A stretch of DNA of 64,000 nucleotides from Polyangiales bacterium (GTDB taxonomy: Bacteria > Myxococcota_A > Polyangia > Polyangiales > Polyangiaceae): NCBI GenBank assembly GCA_038230375.1, contig JBBRNJ010000008.1:101045-165044 (forward strand), in the 5' to 3' direction. Position numbers and translations under genes: made by a program. Positions 9,260-18,697 of this stretch are shown in pieces (within the stretch, counting starts at the first letter, position 1; the number at the start of each line of letters is the position of its first letter). The notes under the pieces are model-generated. The model was not told the origin of the DNA. It saw only the letters and a program-made list of their open reading frames with translations, and ran no database searches.

Positions 9260-10180
9260 TCAGAGGCACTTCATGCCGGCGTCCGAGTATCCCCACGGCC
9301 GGCAGATGAGAAGGTCGCCGCCGCTACCGCAGATGACGCGCCCGCAGGTGTGGCTGCTGCTCTGGCTGCCGTCGACGTAGGTGCCGTTACAGTCGCACGA
9401 TTCGCCGCTCGTGCTGACCGCGCACACGTCGTCAGCGAGGCCCGGGTTGGCATTGCAGCCGCTGCTGCAGAACTCCGAGGCGACCGTCTTGTGGCCCACA
9501 CAGTGGAAGCGGCTCGAGCGATCACCCATGACGCCGTCGTTGCCGCCGCAGTACCACGCGTCGTAGCTGTTGGTCTGCGTTGCGCACGGGTTCTCCGGAT
9601 CCGGCGGCGGGGGCGGAGCGGCGTGGATGAAGCAGCCGATGCCCTTGTCGGTCCGGTCCTTCGTTGCCCTGCCACCCGCAGACGCGTTCTGTTCGACGAT
9701 GCCGATCTTGCCGTCAGTCACGGTGTCGATCACCGCCACGTGTCCGTCGGTCCCCGTCGTCATCACGACGAGGTCACCATGGACCGGCACGTAGTCGGAG
9801 TCCGCCTTGTGGAGCGAGAGGCGGCCCCCGTACGTCTTGTCGCAGAACTGCGCCGCACTGTTGACCTGCGTCGCCCCACGGAGGTCAATGTTGAAGTGCT
9901 GAGCGAAGTAGCGCTGCGCGAGCTCGACACACTGCCAACGGGAGCCGACGCTGTCGTTGCTGTTGGCATGCGTCCCGTCTTCATCGCAATTGAGGTAGTT
10001 GCCGTTCTTCGCATTCGAGCCTGCTTCGATTCCGTCGATGGTCGTCTGGACCGCTCCACACTCCGGATAGTCGTCGATCCTCGCGCTCGACTCGCCGAGA
10101 TGCTCGCCAGTGCTGGCAGAGCACGCCACCGCGGAAATCGCGCACACAACCACGCACGCCGTCCAGATAGAACGAGCCAT
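9260..10180 (-). CDS. CHAP-domain (cysteine amidase/peptidase) lipoprotein with Cys-rich C-terminus
   Basis: Lipobox AVAC; WQCVELAQRY, GHVAVI and VEQN catalytic motifs. Confidence 0.88.
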   Translation of the reverse strand: MARSIWTACVVVCAISAVACSASTGEHLGESSARIDDYPECGAVQTTIDGIEAGSNAKNGNYLNCDEDGTHANSNDSVGSRWQCVELAQRYFAQHFNIDLRGATQVNSAAQFCDKTYGGRLSLHKADSDYVPVHGDLVVMTTGTDGHVAVIDTVTDGKIGIVEQNASAGGRATKDRTDKGIGCFIHAAPPPPPDPENPCATQTNSYDAWYCGGNDGVMGDRSSRFHCVGHKTVASEFCSSGCNANPGLADDVCAVSTSGESCDCNGTYVDGSQSSSHTCGRVICGSGGDLLICRPWGYSDAGMKCL

Positions 10181-10422
10181 TCGACCCTCCGTTGTTGGCT
10201 TCCCCCGCGGCACGTCCGCTGCGTGCGTGTGCTCGCCTTTTCGGCGGCAATACGTACCGGTGCACGGGGCGGGCCACGATGCGCACCAGGATGACAGCGC
10301 CACTGGTGTCGCGTTTCCGCGACGTTTCCATGCCCCATGGTCGCGCCCCCATCCCCCCGACGGGATCCATGCATGGTGCATTCTTCGACCATGGGGCTCG
10401 CGGCCCACACCTTGGTGGGAGC

Positions 10423-11323
10423 TCAGGGCGCGAGCGCTGCGTCGATGCTCTCGTGGAACCAGAGGGCGGCCTTCTCCAGGTCACCGAAGAGGAGCTTTTC
10501 GCCCGGGCTTGCGGCGATACCGCGCTGCATCGCCTCGACGACCGCAAGGTCCTCCTTCGCGAACACGCCTTCGTCGATCAGCTCGAAGCTCCTGTTGAAG
10601 TGGAGCTCCTCGGCTTCTCCCTGGGGCAGACGCGGAACCAGCATCCGATGGTGGAAGCGCGTGCGGTCCGGAGCGAGCGGCTCGAGCCGAAGCACGCTCG
10701 TGTAGTCCGGATGAAAGATGAGCACCACGTTCGGAAAGACGACGTGGCTCGGTGTGACGAGCTTCCGTAGATCGCTCGCCCCGATCTCCTCCGAGGACGC
10801 ATCGCGGAGCGTGCGTCGCGCCGTCACCGCGCGGATGTGGGGACCCACGCGCTCTGCTTCGGCAGCGGAGTCGATGAAGAAGCGGTACACCGTGTCGCGA
10901 TGCAGATGGCGAATGTGGTAGCCGTCCAGGAACGCGTCCACGATGAGCTTCCAGTTGCCTCGCACCTCGCGTGTTCGCTTGCGGTAGGCGCAGTAGCTTC
11001 CCAGACCGAGCTCCTCGAGATCGCGGTCCACGCCGCCCAGGTGGTCCTTCGCGCTGAACGGCGTGAGCTTCAGGAACACAAAGCCGTGGCGCACCTCCGC
11101 GTAGGCGGGCAAGAGCGACGAGCGCTGCTCCAGGAGCCCCGCAAACGAAGGTGCGCGTGCGCTCGGCTTCGAAGAATGCAGAAGACGTGTAGCGCGAGGA
11201 GTCGAGCTCGCGGACCTCTGGCGCTTCCTCCGCGTAGCTCTGGTCGGAGCCGATCGCTGGCGCACCTCCGTGAACCCTGGAAAACAAGCGCCGCGCGAGC
11301 TCGATGTGTGCCGTGTGCTGCAT
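10423..11323 (-). pseudogene. Rieske-type ring-hydroxylating oxygenase alpha subunit, frameshifted and lacking the Rieske domain
   Basis: N-terminus (SRYTSSAFFEAER) is in one frame; catalytic domain (NWKLIVDAFLDGYHIRHLH, EDLAVVEAMQRG) is in another; no CxH...CxxH between them; junction at 11146-11154. Confidence 0.8.
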
Positions 11324-11359
11324 GACTCCCCCGAAGCATCCCCCCAACGCCGTGGACAT

Positions 11360-11397
11360 TATCTGGTATACGAGATAACTATCTTGCATGCAAGGTA
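11360..11397. promoter_or_regulatory. Two tandem palindromic operators, probably bound by the adjacent MarR
   Basis: TATCTGGTATACGAGATA (11360-11377) and TATCTTGCATGCAAGGTA (11380-11397); 20-bp period. Confidence 0.7.
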
Positions 11398-11831
11398 AGC
11401 GTCCGCCCGCCCTGAAGGAATCCCTCAGTCACGCGCTCGTGCGGGCGTTTCGTCTCGTGAACCGCGCGTCGAACCGCGCGTTCCAGCCGTTCGGTCTGTC
11501 CGCAGAGCAGGCGCACGTCCTGCTCATCCTCTGGGCCGACGGGCCCATGAAGGTTGGAGAGCTGCAGCGCGTACTCGCCCTGGGCAGCGGCACGCTCACG
11601 GGCGCGCTGGACCGGATGGACAAGCTGGGGCTGGTGAAACGCGTCCCCGACGAATCGGACCGTCGAGCATTCCGCGTCGAGCCCGCAGAGGCGAGCGCCC
11701 GGAAGAGGAAGCGCATGGAAGAGACGGTCGTGGAGCTGGAAGAGGAAGCCTTCGCATCCCTCACCACCAAGGAGCGGAAGGCGCTCCTACGTTTGCTGGG
11801 CAAGGTGGGCGACGCAGGCGAGGGGCCCTAG
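11388..11831 (+). CDS. MarR-family transcriptional regulator
   Basis: GLSAEQAHVL and LTGALDRMDKLGLVKRVPDESDRRA winged-helix motif. Confidence 0.93.
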   Translation: MQGKRPPALKESLSHALVRAFRLVNRASNRAFQPFGLSAEQAHVLLILWADGPMKVGELQRVLALGSGTLTGALDRMDKLGLVKRVPDESDRRAFRVEPAEASARKRKRMEETVVELEEEAFASLTTKERKALLRLLGKVGDAGEGP

Positions 11832-13978
11832 AAGCCACCACCGCCGCCGCCGAAGTCGTCGTCGTCGCCAATCATCTCGGGCCGGAGCGAGGGAGTGCTT
11901 GGATCGTCCACGTCGGGCGTGCTTCCTCGTTCGTGCATGGAGTCCGGCGGGCGGATGGAGTCGGGCGCAGGCGGGAAGCCCGAGCTCGACGGCGGGCCCC
12001 CGCTGTTCGTCCCGAGCGCGTTCTTGTGATCGAGGAACCGCAGCGTGCCGGGCCCCGACGTGCGCTCGAGCACGCTGCGCAGGTCGCCGGGCATCGGGCC
12101 TTCGACGATCATCCGCTGGCCCGAGTGCGGATGCTGGAACTCCAGACGCACGCAGTGGAGGAACGTCCGGTCCAGGCCGTTCTTCTCCTCGAAGAAGCGG
12201 TTCGTGGGCGCGTGTCCGTAGCGCGCGTCGCCGAGTACGGCATGGCCGATCGCCGCGAGGTGTCGACGAACCTGGTGCACGCGCGCTTGCTCCGGGATGA
12301 CGCGCAGGACCGAGTGACCGCTTGCGATCGCCAGCCTGCGATAGCGCGTGCGCGCCTGACAGAGCTTCCCGTCCTCGCGCAGCTCGCGCGTGATGGCGCC
12401 CTTGGATGGCGTCACACCTCGCGTGGCCACCACGAAGACCTGGCGCGTGCCCGGGTGGTCGAAGATCTCCTTCCAGCGCGCCAGGAGCTCCGGCGTGCGG
12501 ACGAACACAACAAGGCCGGAGGTCCCGGACTCCAGCGTGGTCACGGCGACCGCGCGCTCCGCGCCAGGAAGCCTTCGTGTGCGGTCGGTCAAGGAGACGC
12601 GCGAGCCGACGCTCTTTTCTGTGGTCTCCGCGCTGGGGCCAGATGGGCGGGACTCGGCCTCCACGTTCTCGTGCGCGCATTTCTCGACGATGAGGATCTC
12701 GTCGTCGTCGTAGGAGAGGCGCGGCGCGGACAGCGGGCCCTTGCGGAGGATCGCGATCGTCTCGACCTCGTCCGTCAGCGGGATCATGTCGAGCGGAAGC
12801 AGGTTTTGCGCCGCGTAGCCGAGCCGCGCGAGGTGATCCAGGTCGCGCGCAAGCGTGTCGGGGTCGCAGGACACGTAGCAGAGCACCGGCGCTCCGAGCT
12901 CCGTCACCAGCTCTCGTGCGGTCGCGCTCATCCCGCGTCGTGGCGGGTTCACCACCACCGCGTCGAAGCGCTCCTTCTTCTCGCACAGGACGCGCAGGGC
13001 CGACGCACTGTCCGCGTTCTGCACCGTGAGCGGTAGCCCCTGTGCGACTGCCGCCTCACGCGCGCTCTCCGTTGCGGGGCCGAAGCTCTCGACCAGGTGG
13101 ACCGCGGCGCCCAGCGCAGCCAGGGAGAGCCCGATGGCCCCCGAGCCGCCGTACAGATCGAGCACGCGCGGAGGTGCCTTCCCGCCCGTCTTGACGTGCG
13201 GCAGGCCAAGCGCCTCGGCCAGGATGTCGTGCACGCGCTCCGCCTGTCCGCGGTGCGCCTGGACGAACGAGCCGAAGGTTGCAATATGCACGGATTTGCC
13301 GAGGCGATCTTGCACCTTGTCCACGCCCGCGAGAGTCTGGGTCTCCGAGCCCAGGATCTGCGGCGACTCGCCCTCGTGGAAGTTCGCCGCGACGCCGACG
13401 ATCTCGGGGATCTCGCGCGTGAGAGCAGCGGCGGTCCGCGCCAGGCCCTCGCGATCCGGCGCGGTGTTCTTCTCCACCACGAAAGTCACGAGCGCACGGG
13501 GCCCCTCGGGCGTTGTCACCTCGCGCAGATCTACCGCGCGCAGGGCTCCGTTCTGTCCGTCGAATGGGCGCAGCGCGCCGTTCTCCGCCTCGTCCCGCGC
13601 GATCAGCGCGCGCACCGCGCCCGCAACGCGGAGCAGCAGCGGGGATAGTACGCGGCACTTCGGAATGTCGACCACCTGATGCCCGCCGCCCTTGCCGAAG
13701 AGCCCGAGCCTGCCAGACGGCGCCACGATGAGCTTCGCCCGGGTGCGATACTCGACGACCGGGTCGGCCGGCACGACGGGCTCGGTGTAGACGAGCTCGA
13801 GTGTGGCGTAGCGGGCGACAGACTGGACGACGCGCCCGCGCTTGACGATCAGCTGATCGACATAGGAGAGCCCAATGACGGGACAGCCGCCGCATCGGTC
13901 CGCGTGCTCGCAGACGACGCGTTCGACTGTTGCTCCGCCTCTATGAGCAAACAGGCCCGAGTCGCGACCGAGCGACAT
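11828..13978 (-). CDS. rlmD: RlmD/TrmA-family RNA m5U methyltransferase fused to a C-terminal RluA-like pseudouridine synthase domain
   Basis: CxxxxxCGGC Fe-S motif, LDLYGGSG, NPPRRG, YVSCDPDTLARD; then GTSGLVVF, HQVRRHLAAIGHAVLGDARYG and FLHCVRLEFQHP; start uncertain. Confidence 0.85.
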   Translation of the reverse strand: MSLGRDSGLFAHRGGATVERVVCEHADRCGGCPVIGLSYVDQLIVKRGRVVQSVARYATLELVYTEPVVPADPVVEYRTRAKLIVAPSGRLGLFGKGGGHQVVDIPKCRVLSPLLLRVAGAVRALIARDEAENGALRPFDGQNGALRAVDLREVTTPEGPRALVTFVVEKNTAPDREGLARTAAALTREIPEIVGVAANFHEGESPQILGSETQTLAGVDKVQDRLGKSVHIATFGSFVQAHRGQAERVHDILAEALGLPHVKTGGKAPPRVLDLYGGSGAIGLSLAALGAAVHLVESFGPATESAREAAVAQGLPLTVQNADSASALRVLCEKKERFDAVVVNPPRRGMSATARELVTELGAPVLCYVSCDPDTLARDLDHLARLGYAAQNLLPLDMIPLTDEVETIAILRKGPLSAPRLSYDDDEILIVEKCAHENVEAESRPSGPSAETTEKSVGSRVSLTDRTRRLPGAERAVAVTTLESGTSGLVVFVRTPELLARWKEIFDHPGTRQVFVVATRGVTPSKGAITRELREDGKLCQARTRYRRLAIASGHSVLRVIPEQARVHQVRRHLAAIGHAVLGDARYGHAPTNRFFEEKNGLDRTFLHCVRLEFQHPHSGQRMIVEGPMPGDLRSVLERTSGPGTLRFLDHKNALGTNSGGPPSSSGFPPAPDSIRPPDSMHERGSTPDVDDPSTPSLRPEMIGDDDDFGGGGGGF

Positions 13979-14041
13979 GTCCCCGAGGATATCCAAATTT
14001 CGCCCGTGTGGCTCGGGAAAGGCTTGCTACGCTTCTTTCGC

Positions 14042-15484
14042 TTGAGCACGTCGTCCACCACCGTCCGACATGAGCGCAAGCTCCCCGAGCCGGGAACGGT
14101 CCTCGGCGAGAAGTACAAGCTCCTCCGTATCATCGGCGAGGGTGGCATGGGGGTCGTGTACGAGGGCGAGCACGTCCGTATGGGGCAGCGCGTCGCGATC
14201 AAGATGCTCTTGCCCGAGACGATCGATCAGGCGGACGTTGTCAAGCGGTTCGACCGTGAGGCTCGCGCAGCTGCACGGCTCAAGAGTCGACACGCCGCGC
14301 GCGTCACCGACGTCGACCACACACCGGACGGCTTGCCGTACATGGTGATGGAGCTCCTTCATGGCTCCGATCTGGGAGACATCCTGGCCGACCGCATCAA
14401 GCTGCCCGGCACCGAGGCGGTCGACTACATGCTCCAGGCCTGCGCCGCGATCATCGAGGCGCACGATCTGGGCATCGTCCATCGCGACCTGAAGCCAGCC
14501 AACCTGTTCCTCTCGGACGGGCCGGATGGGCAGATCGTGAAGCTCCTCGATTTCGGGATCTCCAAGGTCACGGGCGAGACGTCAAAGCTCACGAGCGCGG
14601 AGTCCATGATGGGAACACCGCTGTACATGTCGCCTGAGCAGATCCGCTCCGCGCGCGACGTGGATGCACGGACCGACGTCTGGTCCTTGGGCGTGATCCT
14701 CTACGAGCTGCTCTCCGGCGACGCGCCCTTCACCGGCACCACCACGCAGGTGGCTGCAGCGATCGTCACCGACGACGTTCCACCGATCCTGACTGCGCAT
14801 GGGGTGTCGCCACAGCTCCAGGCGGTCGTGCTCCGCGCGCTGACGAAGGATCGCAACACCCGAACGCAGAGCGCGCGCGATTTCGCAGCTGCACTGCTGC
14901 CGTTCGCCCTCCCGTCCTCCACCGGCGCGCAGGCGATCGAGGGCGCGCTGCGGTCGTCCGTTGGCGCCGTTGCGGGCGCCTCCCTTGCCCCGCCCCCGTC
15001 GCGCTCGGCCTCCACGCTCAACCCCACGACGGAGAAGAAGCTCAGCGCCCGCAGCGCGACGTCGCGCGTAGCCATGGGCCTCGTCATCGGCGCGTCGGCG
15101 CTCGCGGCGGCAGCCGTGGTCGCCCTCATCGTGTGGAAGAGCGGTGCAAAAGCCCCGGCGACCTCCGCGATCAGGGACGAGGTTCCGCGAGTGCTTTCAT
15201 CCAGCGTCGCTTCCAGCGCCCCGGTGGTGAGCGTGGGCACGACCGCGACCAGCGCCGACCCGGCATCCACAGCGATTCCGGTCCCGCCCATTGTGACCGC
15301 GGTCCCCATGGTCGCGTCATCAGGCGCATCCACTGCGAGCTCCGCGATTGCGAACAAGCCTCAGCCTGGCGCCAAACCAGTCGGCAAGCCGGCCGCCACC
15401 CCGAGCGCACATCCTGCCGGCGCTGGAACTGGCCCGCGTCCGCCTCCCAGCGTCGCAGCGCCCGAGCTGCCGACTCACATCTGA
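14042..15484 (+). CDS. Hanks-type Ser/Thr protein kinase with TM segment and Pro/Ala-rich C-terminus
   Basis: GEGGMGVV, VAIK, HRDLKPAN, DFG and YMSPEQ motifs; start approximate. Confidence 0.94.
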   Translation: MSTSSTTVRHERKLPEPGTVLGEKYKLLRIIGEGGMGVVYEGEHVRMGQRVAIKMLLPETIDQADVVKRFDREARAAARLKSRHAARVTDVDHTPDGLPYMVMELLHGSDLGDILADRIKLPGTEAVDYMLQACAAIIEAHDLGIVHRDLKPANLFLSDGPDGQIVKLLDFGISKVTGETSKLTSAESMMGTPLYMSPEQIRSARDVDARTDVWSLGVILYELLSGDAPFTGTTTQVAAAIVTDDVPPILTAHGVSPQLQAVVLRALTKDRNTRTQSARDFAAALLPFALPSSTGAQAIEGALRSSVGAVAGASLAPPPSRSASTLNPTTEKKLSARSATSRVAMGLVIGASALAAAAVVALIVWKSGAKAPATSAIRDEVPRVLSSSVASSAPVVSVGTTATSADPASTAIPVPPIVTAVPMVASSGASTASSAIANKPQPGAKPVGKPAATPSAHPAGAGTGPRPPPSVAAPELPTHI

Positions 15485-15535
15485 GAAGAATTCGCGCAAC
15501 CGGTTGCTGCGCGCTCGCATCGTATTGGGCGTGCG

Positions 15536-16168
15536 TCAGAACGTGAAACGCGAGAAGACCGCGGCGCCGAACACGCGCGGGGAGTCCACGCTCTGCGCTT
15601 CGCGGCGATCGCGAATGAAGTACGTCGAGTTGAACTCGGCCACCATGTCCCAGCGCGGCGCCAGGTGCGCCTCGATGCCGAGACCTGACTGCGTCGCGAT
15701 CTCCACGCCGTAGCGCATGCCCGGAAGCGACGTGGTGTCGATGCGCCACTGACCCACGCCGAGCTGAACGAACGGAGTGATGCGACCCGAACCGAGGCGC
15801 ACGCGGCTCATCACCATGCGCGTGTTGCGCGTGAGACGAAGCTCGTCGGAGAGGGCCATGGGCGCGCCGTAGAGGCGGAAGCCCTCGCCCCAGTCACGGG
15901 CCACGAGGCTGACCTTCGGAGCGACCCCGAACCACGCGTTGCCAAGGCCGCTCGGCTCGTGGCTCCGCACGCTCGCGTCTTCCGTCTTGCGGGGCGCGGT
16001 GGGCGCCTCCTTCACGAACTTGCCACGCATCACGTCGGTGGCGGCTCCGTAAAGCTTGTCCCACTCGACCGACCCAGCCTCGTCAGCCGCGCACGCTGTG
16101 CGGGGAACGGCGGTCACGGCGACTGCCGCGACACATGCAACCGCAAAGCTGAGTGATGCGTAGGACAT
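15536..16168 (-). CDS. Hypothetical secreted protein with probable small outer-membrane beta-barrel
   Basis: Signal peptide; amphipathic strands (ITPFVQLGVGQW); C-terminal SRFTF. Confidence 0.65.
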   Translation of the reverse strand: MSYASLSFAVACVAAVAVTAVPRTACAADEAGSVEWDKLYGAATDVMRGKFVKEAPTAPRKTEDASVRSHEPSGLGNAWFGVAPKVSLVARDWGEGFRLYGAPMALSDELRLTRNTRMVMSRVRLGSGRITPFVQLGVGQWRIDTTSLPGMRYGVEIATQSGLGIEAHLAPRWDMVAEFNSTYFIRDRREAQSVDSPRVFGAAVFSRFTF

Positions 16169-16216
16169 GCGGCGACGGTAATGAACTCTACCGGTCGTGG
16201 TCATGACTCGCTACCT

Positions 16217-16232
16217 CGCAAGCCGCGTGCCC
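16217..16232 (-). promoter_or_regulatory. sigma54 (-24/-12) promoter
   Basis: Minus strand GGGCACGCGGCTTGCG with GG-N10-GC spacing, about 50 nt before the ATG at 16168. Confidence 0.7.
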
Positions 16233-16541
16233 TTCACTTCGGAGGGAGAAGTCGCGGCATCGGATCACGCGAGCGCACCGCGCCGCACGAGCACACACAG
16301 CGGCATTCCGGGCGCGATCGTCTCGCATTTCGAGCAGTGTCCTCCCTCCTTCTCACCTGATCCGCGGGTGTTTCGGCGGATCGATGGCGGGAACGGCGGT
16401 GTTCACGCCGACTTGAGACGCAATCGTGTTGCGGAGAGCGTGCCTCAGCTGGATCGCGATTGGCTCAGCCGCAGCGCCTCACCAAACCGCTACGCCATGC
16501 GCGATTTTGTCGCAGCCGCGCGACAGAGGCGCAAACGCTCC

Positions 16542-17876
16542 CTATTGCGCGCGGACTGCCATGGGCCAGGTGTGTGTGACGTTGCCGCTCCTGGACACCA
16601 GCTCGAACGTCGCCTGGCCCTGGCTTGGCCTTGCGGTGAGCGTGATGGACAGATTGATCTTGGAGCCGTTGTGAACCAGCGAACGATCGACCTCCGGGGC
16701 GCCGCCGCTCGGCCCGCCGAGCACGTCACTGCCGCCCCTGTAGTGCGTGGTCTCCTGGACCTCGAGGGTCCAGTCGTCCATCGCAGCGTCCGAGAACGCC
16801 GTCAGTGGGATCACCTTGGTGCTGCCCACCTTGATGGCGATCGCGTTCGTCGCCTGGATCGGTGTGTTCGGCGCCACGTTGAAGTAGGGGCCGTTGCCGA
16901 CGGGCGCGGGTACGCAGGGGTCATGGCTGCCTGCCGCCGCTTTGTTCGACCATGAGCGCTGGACGATGAAGCTGCTCTCCACGTACGTGACGCTGCCGTT
17001 GAAGCCCAGCTCGCAGAGATCACCGACCTCGCCTCCAAAGCCCGCCGTCCAGACCTGGTTTTGCATGTAGTATGCAGGGTTTCCCACGTGGGGGTCCGTG
17101 GCGGCCTCGATGAACTCGTGGCTGGCAGAGAGCGTGAGCTCGCCGGTGCTGTTTCCGCAGCGCGGCATGATCGCGTACGCTACGTCTACGGGCGCTCCGA
17201 GGACGCCTCCTTCGACGACGCCACCATCAACGACCTCCGGCGGCGTGATGGTCACGCTGTTGTGGTACGCGCCGAAGTCCATGCAGCTATTCGCGCTGTC
17301 CAGCACGATGCTCACGCTCGACGGGAAATAGATGGCGTACAGCGTGTCTGCATCCGGCGTGGGGAACGAGCCGTCTGCCACGTGCGCCTTGATGAAGTCC
17401 TGGATGCTGGTCGGTGTGGAGAACGCGCTGTCGGTGTAGCTCTTGGCGGGGGGATCCGAGAGGTGAACGTGACCACCGGACGAGCCCTGGCCCACGCAGG
17501 TGTTCTTGTCGTCGCAGTAGCCATCCGTGACGGCGTCCCACCACTTGGTCTGCGTGATGGTGTCGCCGAGCTGCTCGAGGAGATCGCGCTTGGTGTCGCC
17601 GTCGAACGTGATGGTGACGATCTTCGCGTTCTTCAGGATGGGGCCGCCGGTGTAGTCCGCGAGCGGGATCGGCGTGTGGGCGGCCGGGTAGTGCGTGTCC
17701 AGCGGGTCGGGCGGAAGGTCGCCCTCACCGGCGTCTGCCTGCGGCGGGCCTGCGTCCGGATCGATCACGCCCGTGGGGTCCGGCGTCGCTTGCTTCGCGG
17801 AGCTGCCTCCACATGCGGCGGCCGAGAGGGTGACGAGCGAGGCACCGATGGCGACGAGAAAACGGAGGCGAATCAT
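16542..17876 (-). CDS. Lipoprotein with Phi-1/EXORDIUM-like HExxExxTDP domain plus C-terminal beta domain
   Basis: Lipobox AAAC; GAYH, SHEFIEAATDP, EVGDLC, VQRSWSN; paralog of 48892..50232. Confidence 0.7.
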   Translation of the reverse strand: MIRLRFLVAIGASLVTLSAAACGGSSAKQATPDPTGVIDPDAGPPQADAGEGDLPPDPLDTHYPAAHTPIPLADYTGGPILKNAKIVTITFDGDTKRDLLEQLGDTITQTKWWDAVTDGYCDDKNTCVGQGSSGGHVHLSDPPAKSYTDSAFSTPTSIQDFIKAHVADGSFPTPDADTLYAIYFPSSVSIVLDSANSCMDFGAYHNSVTITPPEVVDGGVVEGGVLGAPVDVAYAIMPRCGNSTGELTLSASHEFIEAATDPHVGNPAYYMQNQVWTAGFGGEVGDLCELGFNGSVTYVESSFIVQRSWSNKAAAGSHDPCVPAPVGNGPYFNVAPNTPIQATNAIAIKVGSTKVIPLTAFSDAAMDDWTLEVQETTHYRGGSDVLGGPSGGAPEVDRSLVHNGSKINLSITLTARPSQGQATFELVSRSGNVTHTWPMAVRAQ

Positions 17877-18064
17877 GAATGGACCTCCTTCTAGCGGACG
17901 AAGGGGTTGGCGCAAGACGAATGCGCCCGCAGAACCCAGTAACCGTCGCCGGTCTCACGCGTAGAACCTACAGAATGGGGTCTTTCACGGTACAGCTCGG
18001 CGCGGTGTCTGGCATGTCCAGCATGGCCGGCTCCTGCCTCATCGGTCCGGCTGCGGGTCATGGT

Positions 18065-18697
18065 ATGACCGCGTGGCTCATGGCCGGAGCCTCCGCATCT
18101 TCCCCCGACTCCACCGCGCTGCGTCTTCGCGAGGCGATGGAGCGGTATGCGCAGGGCGACGACGCCGCGTTCGCCGAGCTCTACGACCTGCTCTCGCCGC
18201 GGCTGCTCGCCTTCTTGACGCGCATGACCAGGGATCGCGTGACGGCGGAGGATCTGATGCAACAGACCTTCCTCAACATGCACCGCGCCCGCGGCCGCTT
18301 CGCGCCCGGCGCCGAGGTGACTCCGTGGGCATTCGCGATCGCGCGCAGGCTCTTCCTGGACTCCACGCGCCGCGGCAAGCGCGAGGTGCTCGAGCGCGGG
18401 GAACGCAGCGGAGACGCGGATGACGAGCGGTCGATCTTCGACCTCGTGGAGGCCGCGGGGGCCACCGCCGAAGAGCTCGTCGACGCAAAGTCGCTCGCGA
18501 GCGTGATCGAGGGCGCTCTGTCCGAGCTGCCCGAGCAGCAGCGCGAGGCCTTCGCGCTCATCAAGCAAGAAGGGCTCTCGGTCGCGGAAGCGGCAGGCAT
18601 CCTTGGCACCAGCGTGGGGGCCGTGAAGCTCCGCGCTCATCGCGCGTACGAATCGTTGCGGACGGCGCTCGGCAAGAAGGGCAGGGCGCCATCATGA
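18065..18697 (+). CDS. ECF RNA polymerase sigma factor
   Basis: GDDAAFAELY, AEDLMQQTF, LPEQQREAF and GAVKLRAHRAY motifs; start 18065 or 18080. Confidence 0.93.
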   Translation: MTAWLMAGASASSPDSTALRLREAMERYAQGDDAAFAELYDLLSPRLLAFLTRMTRDRVTAEDLMQQTFLNMHRARGRFAPGAEVTPWAFAIARRLFLDSTRRGKREVLERGERSGDADDERSIFDLVEAAGATAEELVDAKSLASVIEGALSELPEQQREAFALIKQEGLSVAEAAGILGTSVGAVKLRAHRAYESLRTALGKKGRAPS

